Of a stretch of DNA of 64,000 bases, positions 13,030 through 27,889 are shown piece after piece. The stretch lies in contig OX597822.1 in NCBI GenBank assembly GCA_951406725.2, positions 112,964,001-113,028,000 of the forward strand, given 5' to 3'. Made by a program: the position numbers and the translations under genes. The stretch is from Octopus vulgaris. Taxonomy: Eukaryota. The notes beneath the pieces are model-generated. The model was given only the letters and a program-made list of their open reading frames with translations, did not search any database and was not told the DNA's origin. The first letter of the stretch is position 1, and every line of letters begins with the position of its first letter.

Positions 13030-14030
13030 ATTACTTAGAAAGGTTTTGACCAGTATTGGCCCAGGCCATGTCTAACTTAATAGCACCACCTAGCGAAGTC
13101 TTTCAATTCAGGATTTGGGCACCAAGGCCCATTCGAGCAGAGAGTAATTGTTTGCGGAGACATATCCGGGTGTGGGTGGTTTGTCCGGGACTGTTTGAAG
13201 GAATTTGTCCAAAGACTTCTTGAATTTTGTGTGGTTAGTTACTGTTTTGACGTGTCCTGGTGTAATGTTGAAGAGAGCGGGTCCAATTGAGGTGAAATAA
13301 TTGTGATGTATTGTTGTTATGAGATGCAATTTAGATTTTTGTTTTGGACGGATGGCACGGGGTCCAAGTCTTGGATGTATTTTGAAGGTGATGCCAACAT
13401 CATTTGGACAGTACTGATGGAATATTTTCCACATCATACAGATATTGTAGAGTTCACGGCGTCGTTGGAGTGAATACAGTTTCAGCTTCTCTAGTCTACC
13501 CCAGTAGTCAAGGTCTGACATGCCATCTATCTTTTTTGTGATTGACCTTTGGGGAGCTTCTCATAATATTTTGTTTCGTGTAAGGAGACCACAGTGGACA
13601 GCATTATTCAAGGTGGGGTCGGGCAAAAGTGGAGAAGAGAAGGATAATAGTGTGGGAATCTCTCGACTGGAAGGTCCTGAGAAACCAGGAACACATCCTG
13701 CGGGCCATGTCAACTTTGCTGCTTATATGTGTAGCCCAGCTTATGTTGTTGTCCACAGTTACTCCCAAGTCTCTGGTATTTTTAGACACCATGAGAATTT
13801 CACCAGAAAGAAGGGAGTATGGGAGTTTCAGAGCGTCCTCTCTTCCAAAGTGGATCAGTTTGAATTTGTCTTCGTTTAGCAACATGTTCTTTTCCGCCCA
13901 TTGGACAACAGCCAGTAGGTCTGACTGAAGGCTTATCCGGTCATCCACGCCATTGGTGACCTTCTGGAGCTTGGAATCATCAGCGAAGATTCTGATGTTA
14001 ATGTGTTTGATGATGTCAGTAATGTCATTT
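13030..14030 (-). mobile_element. CR1/Jockey-group LINE 3' fragment (RT C-terminus)
   Basis: IRIFADDSK, TRDLGVTVD, FARPHLE, LDYWGRLEKLKLYSLQRRRE; one frameshift. Confidence 0.9.
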
Positions 14031-14174
14031 AATATTACATATATGTATGTATCTATGTACCGATGAGTGTGTTAAATAATAAGGCACTAAAAGAGAATGA
14101 CTCTCCCCAGACAATAAAATATGCTTCAGCTCACGAATTCACATAATAAATCTTGTACACCAAATACAAAAACG

Positions 14175-14231
<57 letters not shown>

Positions 14232-15710
14232 CATACATACATACAGACATACATACATACAGACAGACATACATACATTCATACATATATACATATATAT
14301 GTATGTATGCATGCATTCATATATGCCTTGTATCCGGTAGTGGAGCTCTGGCACGGCAGTTGCAGAATGTTGAGGTGTGTGGAACACATCTAAGACACTA
14401 TTGTTCTCAGATCTACTCTGACCCGGAGTAGTAGCACTTGTCCGCTATGGTTTAACTAGCATCTGTGATGACGATCAATCTGACCGCGGGGGCACAGAAA
14501 TGACTTTGTTTGGTGTCAGTGCACACAGTAAAACCGACGTGAGTGAGGGATCTCTAGCTGTTGTCACAACATCCTTCCAGGAGTAGGACATTCTGATGGA
14601 CAACCTGCAGTTTCAGATGATTACTAGTTACCTCGCTTCAGCATGTCACTAGGTACTAATCGTAGAGAAGAAGACAGTAGTACTCATATTGCACAAGCAT
14701 TTATCACTATAATCCAATAACATAGAAATGTCTCCTTATGGTGACCTCATTTGTCATTCCATCTACTGAAAGTTCCATGGTTCAGCAAAAGAGACCGATA
14801 AAATAAGTACTAGGCTTACAAAGAATAAGACATGGGGTCGAGTTGCTTGACTAAAGGCGGTGCTCCAGCATGGCTGCAGTCAAATGACTGAAACAAGTAA
14901 AAGAGTAAAAAAAAGTGAGTAAGACTTTTCCTGGCCAATATAATTTGTATAATGAGTTAAGAATCAATTCAAGACATAAACAATGATGGCAATCGATCCC
15001 CTCTCAGTATCGATGATGATCATTCAGGTATCCTATCAACTGAACTACTTACTCGTCAAACTGAAGTGTAAATGGTTGACGGATCCAAAAGTACGTATAC
15101 TCATAAAATAATTTGAGGGCGGAACCCACGTGACGAAGGTCGATTGTTTGAATTGCAGACACACTCCAGCCGACATGCCTTCCCAGTTTCCGTCTTTACG
15201 AGTTCACTGACTAAGATTAAGTCGACTCAAAGGTGTAGGAAAATAAACTTGCCCAAGATAACATATACTAAGATCGATCCTGGGAAGTCATGATCGTGAC
15301 GTCATAAGTCTGACATCATAAATGCGATGTCATGATTGTGATGTCATCATTGCACTTAAGCTCTTGCTAACAATTACTGCTAAACTATTTTCTGTAATGA
15401 AGTCAACGGTATGAATTAGAAGCGTTAAGGGCTGGAAAACCCAAGGTCTTCCAGATTTTCACTTAGACATTTACTAACAAAGCAAAGTGCACTGATTATT
15501 ATTGGTATAAACGTGAGTTTATAATCTGAATATAAAACTGAAGGTTTCGAAGCAGATGCCCGTAATATTCTCTTTTTCTTTTATTTTCAAAGAGGCGTTC
15601 AGATCTGACAGGACATGTTTTTTCTTTTCTCTCCCAAACTGCAATTATCCGATCTGTTCTGCATGAACTTACAAACGGTTTTGATGGATATGTTCCATCA
15701 ACATTCCATA

Positions 15711-15915
15711 TGCTGGTGGGACAAAATTCACGCACCAAAATATTTGCTGTTTTATTTATATTACGCTATTATTATACATTTCGTTTATCATGTACAAGTA
15801 TGCGTATATTCATCAATATTTTTGTATTTAATTCAATTTTAGAAAAATTGAAGCATGTCTTTGACAATTCCGGAGTGCATTGAACTTATTTTGTGCGTGA
15901 CTTTTGGCCCAAACT
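15711..15915. mobile_element. Probable Tc1/mariner-type MITE
   Basis: Imperfect TIRs GGGACAAAATTCACGCAC / GTGCGTGACTTTTGGCCC, flanked by TA. Confidence 0.5.
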
Positions 15916-15926
15916 ATATATATATA

Positions 15927-15969
<43 letters not shown>

Positions 15970-16127
15970 GCGTAGGAGTGTTTTTGTGGCGTAAGAAGCT
16001 TTCCTCCTAACCACTTCCGGCTTCAGTCCCAATGCGTGGCACCTTGGGAGAGTGTTTTCTATTATAAACTCGGTCCGACCAAAGCCTTGTGAGTGGATTT
16101 GGTAGACAGAAACGGAAAGAAGCCCGT

Positions 16128-16172
<45 letters not shown>

Positions 16173-16174
<2 letters not shown>

Positions 16175-16380
16175 GGTCCGGTAACCGCGTGTGTATCGTT
16201 GGCGATTTTCTTTCTCCGTCTTCCCTTCCTTTCCTTTTTCTATGTTTCTGACGAAGAGCTCCGCTCGAAACGTTAAATCCTCCTTCTTTCTTTCCATCTC
16301 TGAGCGTCCAATAATACTATACTTGCTCCACGTCCTCGCGTCGTTCTGTTTTCTCTTTGTTCATGTTTGGATTAACTATA
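16173..16380 (+). mobile_element. Short hammerhead-bearing element (family H2; motif at 16244-16278 with canonical core)
   Basis: GTTT-CTGACGA-A-GAGC-TCC-GCTC-GAAA-CG-TT-AAAT; its 3' tail also occurs at 1345-1423 (+) and 42120-42183 (-), each ending on (TA)n. Confidence 0.75.
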
Positions 16381-16439
16381 GATATATATATATATTGGTG
16401 GGTACGTACTTACATAGTTAGGTAGCTAAATCGATGACA

Positions 16440-17250
16440 AATGGCGGCATCAGGAATTAAACAAACGCCAGATCAACAAAAATCAAATGGAGATAGGCAG
16501 TAAATATTTTAGTTTGAGGCTCAGTGGAAGTTCCGATGGAAAATCAACGACGTAAAAACACAACATTTCGAGCATGGCTCTTCGTCGGATAGTGAAAGAC
16601 AGTTCAGATAAAGGAAAAAGGAGAAGAAAGGGCCTGTCTGGAGAAAAGCACGTCGGTGGCTACGTCGTCAAGAAATAACTGACAGGACGTTGGACGAGAA
16701 GTGAAATATAATTTTTAAAGGTTTGGGAGTGACTAATTGGCCCCTTTGTATGTGTGTGTATATGTGTTTATATGTGGGTGGGGTGTACTTAAACGTGTAA
16801 CGTATATGTATATATGTGTGTGTATGAGTTTGTGTGTACAAGCGTGTGTGTGCGTGTATGTGTCGGAGCATTCTTTGTCCGTGCTTATAATTATGTGCAA
16901 ACGTGTGTGTGTGTATGTGTGTGTGTGTATGTGTATGCGTCTGAGTGTGTGTGGACGTATGTATGTGTGTACAGTAAATATGTGTGTTATTTGAGGGCGT
17001 AAGTTTAAGTTAAGCATGTAAGTGTGCAGAAGATTTACAAAAAAGTGGATGGTATTGAGTCCAAAACGTCCATGGGTCCGCAGTGAGGTGATGTAGATTG
17101 GTCTTTATAAAGTTTGAAAGTTGCTAATCCACTGTCTAAGGTCAAGCTGAACACTGTGAGGTGTTGGGTTGAGTGATTGGCCAAGCAGAAGTGAAGTGTT
17201 AGGTGCAGTGATTGGCCAAGCTGGAGTATGTATCCCGAGGCAGAAAGCAC
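16440..17250 (-). mobile_element. 3' end of a Penelope-like element: GIY-YIG C-terminal remnant plus 3' region with a hammerhead motif (16560-16594)
   Basis: LHFCLANHSTQHLTVFSLTL...GLN-like remnant at 17250-17037; downstream CCGACGA-A-GAGC-CAT-GCTC-GAAA-TG-TT and a CTGAGC...AATATTTA segment homologous to family H2. Confidence 0.55.
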
Positions 17251-17278
17251 TCATACACACACACACACACACACACAC

Positions 17279-17478
17279 ACTTGTTTCAGTCATTTGACTG
17301 CGGCCATGCTGGAGCACCACCTTTAGTCGAGCAAATTGACCCCGGGACTTATTCTTTGTAAGCCTAGTACTTATTCTATCGGTCTCTTTTGCCGAACCGC
17401 TAAGTTACGGGGACGTAAACACACCAGCATCGGTTGTCAAGCAATGTTAGGGGGACAAACACAGACACACAGACACAC

Positions 17479-17509
<31 letters not shown>

Positions 17510-17681
17510 CATATATACGACAGGCTTCTTTCAGTTTCCGTCTAGCAAATCCACTCACAAGGCATTGGTCGGCCCGGGGCTATAGCAGAAGTCACTTGCC
17601 CAAGATGCCACGCAGTGGGACTGAACCCGGAACCATGTGGTTGTTTAGCAAGCTACTTACCACACACCCACTCCTGCGCCT
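17279..17681 (-). mobile_element. SINE family B, full length
   Basis: Near-identical to 11250-11634. Confidence 0.9.
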
Positions 17682-18161
17682 ATTCTTCTATATATATATA
17701 TATATATATATATACGTACATAACACACACATGCGCACACACGCACACATATTTATAAGTACATACATACATTTATTTATAAATATATATGTCTGCTTGC
17801 ATCTGTGCAAGTGTGTGTATGTGTGAGTGTGCGCGCGTGCGAGTGTGTCTGTTTGCGTGTGAGCGTACGCGTGTGTGCTTGGTATGTCCTGCAGAAACGA
17901 AATGCATGCAGAGGTTACCTAAGTTGCGTGCACAGAGCGAATCCCTTCTTATAAATATTCCGTTTACGTGAGACTAAGGTAGAAAAGGGGTATTTCGGTG
18001 TGTGGTAAAGTAAGATTTTTTTTACTGAACCCTAATTATATAACGTAATGTTTTAAATATACCGTAAATGGTCTTTTTACATACTGAACACTAATTGGTA
18101 AAATTATTAATTAATAATTAATTAAGTTTACCCTTTTATTATTGACTATATATATATATAT

Positions 18162-18225
<64 letters not shown>

Positions 18226-18343
18226 TTGTGTATAAATGTAAAACAAACAATTATTTGTGTTTTTTCTTAGAAGCGTCTACAGGTGTATTGTACGATACAA
18301 ATACGATGATATTTTTTCCGAACGCAGAGTTACCATTAGAAAA

Positions 18344-18411
<68 letters not shown>

Positions 18412-18422
18412 TATATATATGC

Positions 18423-18453
<31 letters not shown>

Positions 18454-18583
18454 GCATATACTATAATGTATATGTATATACGTATATATGCATGTACACA
18501 CACAGATACACATGTATATATGTATCAACGTGAGTGTGTGTTAAAAGTGTGTACATTTTAAATTTTGTTAATAATTTTTATAA

Positions 18584-18910
18584 TCTTTATATATAAAAGT
18601 GAAGTTGTGTGTCTGTCTCCTACGATTTAGATTCCTAACTACTCCCACATTTTGCGGTGCAGTGCAACCAAAAGCGGGTATCTTATAGTCGTAATTCATA
18701 TCGAGCCCTTCTGGGTATTAGCGCGCGTCTACGATGAGTCTACGATTAAAAAAATTTTTTACCATAATTTTTTCCCATTTTTTAATGCATGTTTTTGCTA
18801 TTATATAAGGGAAGTAACTCTCTAAAAATGTATTATTAAATCTCAGAACGTAAAAAGCTACAGATAACCTACCTCCGGCAAGAGGTTGCAAATGAGAGTG
18901 GCTATTATCA
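18584..18910 (+). mobile_element. Non-autonomous Helitron, 3'-truncated copy
   Basis: A|TCTTTATATATAAAAGTG start; highly similar to 8978-9360. Confidence 0.85.
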
Positions 18911-19372
18911 AACTCCATTCTTCACCAAGTGCCATATATTAGACGAGGTTCGTCGCAATAACAGTGTAGCACAAAACGGCGGTGCATCAGCATGGCCGCA
19001 GCTTTTTTATAATTCTAGAAAAGAAAAAAAAATGAAAAAAAAAAAAAAATATATATATATTTAGATAGATAGATAGATATGTGATAGATAGATAGATAGT
19101 GTGTGTGTGTGTCTGTGTGTATGTGCACGTGACATGTCTGTGGCAACCGGTGCTGGTATGTTTAGATCCCCGTAATCCGTAATCTAGCGTAACGATGGAA
19201 TAAGTACCTGGCTTAATAAGTAAGAATGTACCTGTGTCGATTCATTCGACTAAAATCCCTCGAGGCGATGCCAGTATAGCTGCCGTCTAATCACTGAAAC
19301 AAGCTAAAATAGTATGTCTGTGTATGTGCGTGTATGTATGTATGTGTGCGTATCTATCTATCTATCTATCTA

Positions 19373-19946
<574 letters not shown>

Positions 19947-20222
19947 CATGGAAAGCGGGCGTTAAATGACGACGATGATGATGATGATGATATATATATA
20001 TATATATCATCATCATCATCATCGTCATATAACGTCCGCTTTCCATGCTGGCATGAGTGAGACAGTTTGATAGGAACTGTTAAGCTGGAGAGCTGCACCA
20101 GGTTCCAATCTGATTTGGTATGGTTTCTATGGCTGGATGCTTTTCTTAATGCCATATATATATATATAGAGAGAGAGAGAGGGGGGGAGAAAAATATACA
20201 TACAAACACACAAACACAGATA

Positions 20223-20436
20223 CAGGGTTAGCCAAGAGCCACCCGACAGTAAATCAAATTTCTATAAATATTTAATATTCAATTTTATTTATTCATTCCA
20301 ATTATGAATGTTTAATAATCGAATGTTGTGTGCTAAAATCACCGTTTCTTTTTTAACTTTTGTCTATTTATTAGTGAAGTCTCAGATAAAGTAATTTTTT
20401 TTAAATCTTGGAATTAAATGGTTTTGGCCAACCCTG
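20223..20436. mobile_element. Tc1/mariner-type MITE
   Basis: TIRs CAGGGTTAGCCAAGA / TTTTGGCCAACCCTG, with TA on the left. Confidence 0.65.
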
Positions 20437-20476
20437 TGTGAGTGTGTGTGTGTGTATATATATATATGTATGGATG

Positions 20477-20566
<90 letters not shown>

Positions 20567-20692
20567 TATATAGATAGATAGAGAGAGAGAGAGATAGATA
20601 GATAGATAGATAGATAGACACATACATAAATACACGCATACATACATACACACATACGTACATACACACGCATACATACATACATACATACA

Positions 20693-20723
<31 letters not shown>

Positions 20724-21292
20724 CAAAGGTCATTGAATCATGCCTGCTAAGATAATAAATGGATATTCATGAGGGGGTGAAAGTTGCGATAAATACACTC
20801 TCACTTTATAACCTCGTATGACATACACCGATATATATATTCGAGGTCCAATAGGCCAGTTCTATCATAAATTATTAGCTCCACCTTCTATGACTGCACC
20901 ATGAGGAATTAATGATCTTAGCTACGCCTTTCTCCAGGATTGAAAGTGCAAAATGTTCCGTGTAATTCCGAGTGTTTCTCCATTCTTTATATCTCCTACT
21001 CTTTGTCAGGGTTATCATACAGTAGGAGTTTGCTGCAACTGACTCCTCTGCGATTGTCACCAACAGCTTTCGGTTTTTACTGCACCAGACACAAATTTCA
21101 TCTCGGTTCAGCAGCAACGTCAATTAGATACAAACTCCTCCTGCTTTTCCAGCAGCCATTCTGCAGTAATTATAAACTCCACCTCCTTTCCGTTTCTATT
21201 GTACTTTCACATCAGCCCTCTCGGTAAAATACGATGGACATAGTCTCTATACAAAACTAACAACAATTGTCGAATGTAACCGCCATACAACA

Positions 21293-21715
21293 TTACTCTT
21301 TTACTCTTTTACTTGTTTCAGTCATTTGACTGCGGCCATGCTGGAGCACCGCCTTTAGTCGAACAAATCGACCCCGAGACTTATTCTTTGTAAGCCCAGT
21401 ACTTATTCTATCGGTCTCTTTTGCCGAACCGCTAAGTGACGGGGACGTAAACACACCAGCATCAGTTGTCAAGCAATGCTAGGGGGACAAACACAGACAC
21501 ACAAAAATATACACACACAAACATATGCATATATATACATATACATATATACGACAGGCTTCTTTCAGTTTCCGTCTACCAAATCTACTCACAAGGCATT
21601 GGTCGGCCCGGGGCTATAGCAGAAGACACTTGCCCAAGATGCCACGCATTGGGACTGAACCCGGAACCATGTGGTTAGTTAGCAAGCTACTTACCACACA
21701 GCCACTCCTGCGCCT
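21293..21715 (-). mobile_element. SINE family B, full length
   Basis: Near-identical to the other family B copies. Confidence 0.9.
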
Positions 21716-22205
21716 TGTTATTTTTTATTATATATATTTATTGTTCTGCATATTTGTATATTTTTTCTTCTACATTTTTTCTATCTTGCTTTTTACTCTT
21801 ATAACTTATAAAAATCATTACTTTCGTTATTAATTAATTCTGTTGCTGCTGTAATTATCGTTTAATTATAGATAAGTCTTTTCCCTTTCTTCATTCGTAT
21901 TTTCTCTCTTCATTCCTTCGTATATATTGTTATATTTTGAATGAGTAATTCCACGATGTAATTGCTTGTATTATTACCATTATTATGCTCTTCATTAAAC
22001 AGTCTAGTTAATGTCACAAGATATATATATTTAAGCAGTACACTTACTATTCCTTAGATAGGGCATAAAAATCTTGAGACTTTATCATTTCTAAGATACA
22101 CATTTCACTTTTAAATAATCTTGCATATATGTAAAACAGTTTTCGGATCTAGAGTTGCATTGATTAATTTAATATTCAACGTTGCGTTACCAATATTTAG
22201 AAGTG

Positions 22206-22414
22206 CAAGTGGATACTAAAAAGTTCCTGGTGATGGTTAAAAGAAAATACAAGCGGATCAGTTAATTATATTCAATATATTCCTTCTTAAATTCACACAC
22301 TTATTGCAGCGGTTCTTCAGTTTTCTAAGCTCTGTAAAAGAACTCAGGAAGTTGGACCTCGAACCAGGCTTTTCGCGAGACCCTTAAAGCCTGGAATTTT
22401 TCAGCATACTCTCG
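22206..22414. mobile_element. Mariner-derived MITE
   Basis: Imperfect TIRs ...ATACTAAAAAGTTCCTGG / CCTGGAATTTTTCAGCATACTCTCG|TA. Confidence 0.55.
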
Positions 22415-22853
22415 TATTGTTCTAATTCGTAAGGGGGTGCCTTGAGTTATTCATATTCTTTTAAAGTACCATAATAGCTACTTGCTAAAATTCCTAAGAT
22501 ATATATATTTAATTATACTTTTGCCATTTTAAAATCCTCTTCAAGCTTCTATAGGTGTACATTTTCAAATAATTTACTACAATATAATCGATATCTAAAC
22601 CCCTATTACCAAATTTCAAATACGCGACAACTTCAATTAGATGTATTATATCAAGTCGATTTGTTATTCGTTTAGTTATAAATCGCAGTTTTTTTTCCCA
22701 ATAGCGTCATTGTTACAAATTTCCAACAAGAAGTCATGGTGGAACTGTATTTTTGACTGTGGAAGTGGAACATGTCTGTAACTCGTGCAGAAGTAATATC
22801 TCAAAGGACTTCTTTCATAAACCATCGTTTTATTTTTTTCTTGTTTACATGCT

Positions 22854-25800
22854 TGTAAGGAATTAGTAATAATGGTGCATCCCTCCCACGTGACGAATAA
22901 CCTAGTCACTATAAGTAAAAAGAAGTACGTAAAGTACCAGAATACGTAGTAGGCGATCAGGGGTAGTCATGTCTTTACTGGTTTTTCTGAGTATACTGTA
23001 TACTGAAGTGGGTGTTATAACAATCCAATATTTTAAAGGATATAACAGTGGTGACGAGGATTTAAATAACTCACGAGTAATCAATAAATTCGCCGAAGAT
23101 TTAAACAACCCACGAGGAATTAGTAACCTCGACGAGGGTTTAATCAATTCACGGGAACACAAATCTGACTAGGATTGAAACAACTTACGAGGAATTAAGA
23201 AACTCGAAGAGGAGTTAACAAACTCACAAAAGTTTTCGTTCGAATTTTACGAAAAAGTCGTAAAATTATAGAAAATTTGTTGGCTGGTTTGCTCGAGTTG
23301 CAAAAACATCAACAACAGCAACTAAAAGAACGACAGCAGCAGCGGATACAACTGCAAGAATGAACAACAACTGAAGCAACAATAACACCAACAACAACCG
23401 AAAGAACAACAACAACTGCAAGAGCAACAACAGAAGCTACAACAACAACAAATGATAATTCGGCAACAAATGCTGCAATTACTGAAGTCGTCAAGAAAGT
23501 CAGAAAATAAGTGTTCTCGACAGATTGTGTTGCAAACTCCATAACAGAATTCAAATACGAACCTGACCAAAGAGTTATCTTCGAAGCATACTACAGGAGA
23601 TATGAGCAAATCTTCGAGAAAGACTGTAATGATTGGGAGAACGTGATGAAAACGCGCTCAGTCTTGAGAAAACTGGCGGCAACAGAAGATGAACGATACA
23701 GTAATTATGTACTCCCAAGAAAACTTTCGAATGTAAACTTTAATGGCACAACAGATATATTGTGAAAGGTTTTAAGTGAAAAGAAGTCCTTTGTTCAACA
23801 CACATTGGAAGTGTCTGAACATAGAGAAAAACAACGGCAAAGACTACATCACGTATGCTGGTTAAATAAACAGGGAATGCAAGAAGTTTAAGCTCGAAGA
23901 ATTAACGCCAAATTCCTGAGTTTTACACTGGGACTTACTGTTGAAAAGGAAGCAGAAGTTAGAACTAGAATTGTTGCAAAGGTGGAACGAAATCAAGATG
24001 TAACCCTACAAGCAAGTGTCAGAAGAATGTGAAAGGATTAAGACACGACACAGAGGAAATTGAGCGTAAAGAGTGTTTCCAAGTAAAGCGAGTGCGAAAT
24101 AGTTACAACAGAGATAAAGTGTTTCCTAAAAAAAAACGACAAAAATCAGGAAAGAAACCCATGTTTTGCATGTGGAAGTATACAGCCGAGGAAAAATTAT
24201 CCAATTAAAAAAGCGGAGTGCTTTCTTTGTGGAAATACAGAACATATAAAACGCACTGTAGAACGAAGATGGCAAAACGTTAGAACATACGAAAAAGAAT
24301 AAACAGTATGTCATCGGAAGAAAGTGGTCATATAACGATGAGGAAATTCGTGAAGGGGAACATCAAAAATACAAGTGTTAAAATGCAATTGGACATATTT
24401 AGTGATATCACTATTATAAACGAAAGAACTTGGAGATATATCGGTAAGCCGAAATTAATTATATCTAAAGAGGTAGGACATGGTGTTACGGGAAAAAGAT
24501 TATATTTTTCCGGTAAATGCGTATGTAATGTAACATTTCGAGGTCAAACGAAAAAGGCGAAGTCATATGTATTAAAAAGTTCACTTAATCTACTCGGCAC
24601 AGAGTGGATGGAACTATTCAAAGTATAGAATACGCTCAAAAGTGTTTTGTGTGGAAATATAATTGGCGGCGAGCTGGCAGAGTCGTTAGCACGCCGGGCG
24701 AAATGCGTAGCCGTATTTCGTCTGCCGCTACGCTCTAAGTTCAAATTCCGCCGAGGTCGACTTTGCCCTTCATCCTTACGGGGTCGATAAATTAAGTACC
24801 AGTTACGCACTGGGGTTGATGTAATCGACTTAATCCGTTTGTCTGTCCTTGTTTGTCCCTTCTATGTTTAGCCCCTTGTGGGTAATAAAGAAACAAATAT
24901 AAATAAAGAATAAATAAAATAAAAAAACAAATATAATTGGTTCAGTCGAAGGTTCGAATGCGGCCGAGGAACTGAAACAAAAAGTTCCAGTAAAACAAAG
25001 TGGAACACATTTATGTAAGCCAAAATGAAATGAAAAGTTGCCCACGATAAAAGTAGACATAGTTCAAAAGTAGATATTCCGTGGTCTAAATTCCACATCG
25101 ATTTCGCTGGTCCTTTAAATGGTTCTTACTACTTAGTGGTAGTTGACAGCTTTTCGAAATGGCCTGAAATTTGCAAGTGTTAAAGACCAACCTCCTCAAC
25201 TGTGATAAATTTTTTATACGAATTTGGTAAATTTTTTACATGATTTGGTAATCCAGACAAGATAGTATCTGACAATGGAACACAATTTGTATCTAGCGAA
25301 TTAAAACAAAATTGTGAAACATTCGCGTAGAACATATAACTACGGCGCTATACCATCCCAGATCTAATGGACTGGCAGAAGGCTTTGTTGGTACCTTCAA
25401 AAAAGCTCAAAGAAAATCGAATAAGGAAGTCACGGATGAGGTAGCTTTACAACAATACACCAAATCCGAATACAGCAGCAGGTAGCTCACCAGCGAAGCT
25501 GATGTTTGCAAGGAAAGTAAAATCAGTGTTTGATTGCTACTAAAAAAGTGCCAGGGAAGACATAGCAATATTCTTTAAAGTTGGTGAAAAGATGTATATG
25601 AAGGCATACAAGAATGGAAAGCAGAGTTGGGAAGATGACGTAGGTACCAAATGCATTGGTAAAATGATGTATCGTGTAAAAAGTAGAAAAGGTATACAAA
25701 AGAGATGCAGGAACCAACTGAAAAAGAGGTTCGTGGAAAGTGAACCAAAGAAGTTGGAGGAACCGATGGAATGGTTGTACGATACGTTCCAAGTACCAAC

Positions 25801-26187
25801 GCCACGGCAGGTGACTGAACCCAAGCATACAAGTAAGGGGAAAAGAAAACATTCAAAGTTCCTGAATATAGATGCCAAGCGCAAAAAATATTAAATTCTA
25901 CGAAAAAAAAAGGGAGGTGAGTTAAATAAAAAAAAGTATTGCTAAACAAAATGGACACTTCCTAAGAAAAACTTGAAAGGGAAGATTTGTAGGGAATTAG
26001 TAACAATAGTAAACCCCCTCCCACGTGACGAATGAAATAACTTAGTCACTATAAGTAAAGAGAAGTATTTGAAGCACCAGAGTACGTAGCAGGTGGTCAG
26101 AGATAGTCGTGTCTTTACTGGTTTTACTAAGTATACTGTATACCGAAGGGGACGTTATAGCAATCCAACATTTTAAGGATTATAACA
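22854..26187 (+). mobile_element. Gypsy (Mag-like) LTR retrotransposon, internally deleted (no RT/RNase H)
   Basis: TG...CA LTRs at 22854-23047 and 25988-26187; 5-bp TSD ATGCT; PBS TGGTGACGAGGAT (23049-23061, tRNA-Ser(GCU)-type); purine-rich PPT before 25988; gag FEAYYRRYEQIF, decayed CCHC pair, protease QLDIFSD, integrase HIDFAGP...VVVDSFSKWPE. Confidence 0.93.
24665..24928 (+). mobile_element. tRNA-derived SINE family C inserted in the Gypsy element
   Basis: GGCGGCGAGCTGGCAG head, GTCGACTTTGCC..CATCC central domain, A-rich tail, 12-bp TSD AAATATAATTGG (24655-24666 / 24929-24940). Confidence 0.88.
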
Positions 26188-26854
26188 ATGCTTCGCTGAT
26201 ATACAACGGCGAATGATAAACACACACACACACATACAGTAGTGTGTGTATGTGTGTGTGTGTGCGTGTGTGTGTGTATGTAATATACGACTGGCTTCTG
26301 TGCAATTTCTTTCAACCAATTTCCACTTAAAAAGCATTGGTCGTTTAGAGGTTATTAACTCTTGTCCAAGTAACCGCGAAGACGTATCAGACCAAGAACC
26401 GTCAAACTTCTTAATCTTACAGCAATGCTTTTGCCCATTTACTGCACTTGAAATGATGCATTTGACTATTAGCATCAATACATGTTCTTACCTTCCTTTT
26501 TTACGCCAGTTGACCGACGAACGGCTCTTGGTAACTTTCTTGACAAATACAATGTGATCGTTGCATAATTTCCATCGGAGAATACAATACCTTTCTTCAG
26601 GGATGTTTTACATGACAACATCCTATCAGCTAGATATGCACACAATTTCTTCGCGTATATCTGGGCATCTAAAATGCTGGAACGATCTTCATCAACAATT
26701 TTGTGTGACCGTTCAAGCAATACCACCAACCCACCATCCTAGAAATATTATTTCCACCCCGGGAATATAATAGGTAGAATTTGAGCTCAAAGCTAAAGAG
26801 CATAAGTCATTTAGTCACCACTCAAACGAGTCATTTAATTCGCGGTGTTTTATT

Positions 26855-27712
26855 TTACTAATAAGATATAATTATTATAGCTAGGTGATTGAGTTATCAT
26901 TAATACAATATAATTTATCATAAGTAGGTAATTTATTAATTGATAAGAGAATAATTATAACTTGGTGATTGTTTTATTAATAAGACTGTTATAATTAGTA
27001 AATGACTCATTTATCATTAATAAAATATTTTCTATTATAATTTGACGATTTAGTTATCATTAATACCGTACACTTCCTTACGAGATAATTAAGCTAATAA
27101 CTCTGTGTAACACGGATTTTGTCCTTGGGTAGCAACTGTTATTTCCTGTTTGATCACCCCCAGACGGTATGAAAAATGGTTAATATTTTCTTCAAACTTT
27201 GCTTTTGTTACATTTATTCAAACCCCGAAGAATCAACACATGGCTATGATGCTCCCCCACTACACCTGCTCATGATCAGAGACGCACATTTTGTCAGCCT
27301 CTAAATGAAAGGCTCAAGTGGTTATAGTCAATCAACTGACAAGTAAATCTGTGATATTGAGCAGAATATTTACTGCAACGATATTTCTGCGTAAGCAACT
27401 CAGTGCTGAATCTATTAGTAATGTAATGGAACATAGTTTAGTTTCAAAACATTGGTGTCCAGGTCACAGTAAAAGTCTGAAGGGGTTACTAGTCATTTCT
27501 TTTGATTTCTAGATAGAAACAAATAGAAAATAATACTTACTGACCAAAGACAAAAACATAAAAATTTGTTACACGGTGTAATTAATGGTATAATTATTAC
27601 TACTAGGTGATTGAGTTTGCAATAATAAGCTATAATTATTATACTAAGTTAATTTAGTTATCATTAATTATAAGATACAATTATTACAGCCAAGTCATCG
27701 AGTTATCCTTGA
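26855..27712. repeat. Degenerate ~40-bp AT-rich minisatellite interrupted by a ~0.5-kb dispersed repeat (27100-27576)
   Basis: Recurring TAATAAGATATAATTATTATA.CTAGGTGATTGAGTTATCAT-like unit on both sides; the inserted part is homologous (inverted) to 54530-54690. Confidence 0.5.
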
Positions 27713-27889
27713 TATATACTGCAATCTAGTGGTGTACATCAACCATCAATATATGTTGCCGCCATTTGATATCTTGTTAACACTACATGAATACTACGCC
27801 TAAACTGGTGAATGAATTAATGTCATGTTTCTTCTGTTAAACTATTACAAAAAGAAATGGTTTAAAATTAAACTTAGAATGATGTCGTA

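Noticed and set aside
23053-27712. Short repeat arrays as CRISPR-like
   Set aside because: Degenerate tandem units with no unique spacers, in a eukaryotic context with no cas genes.
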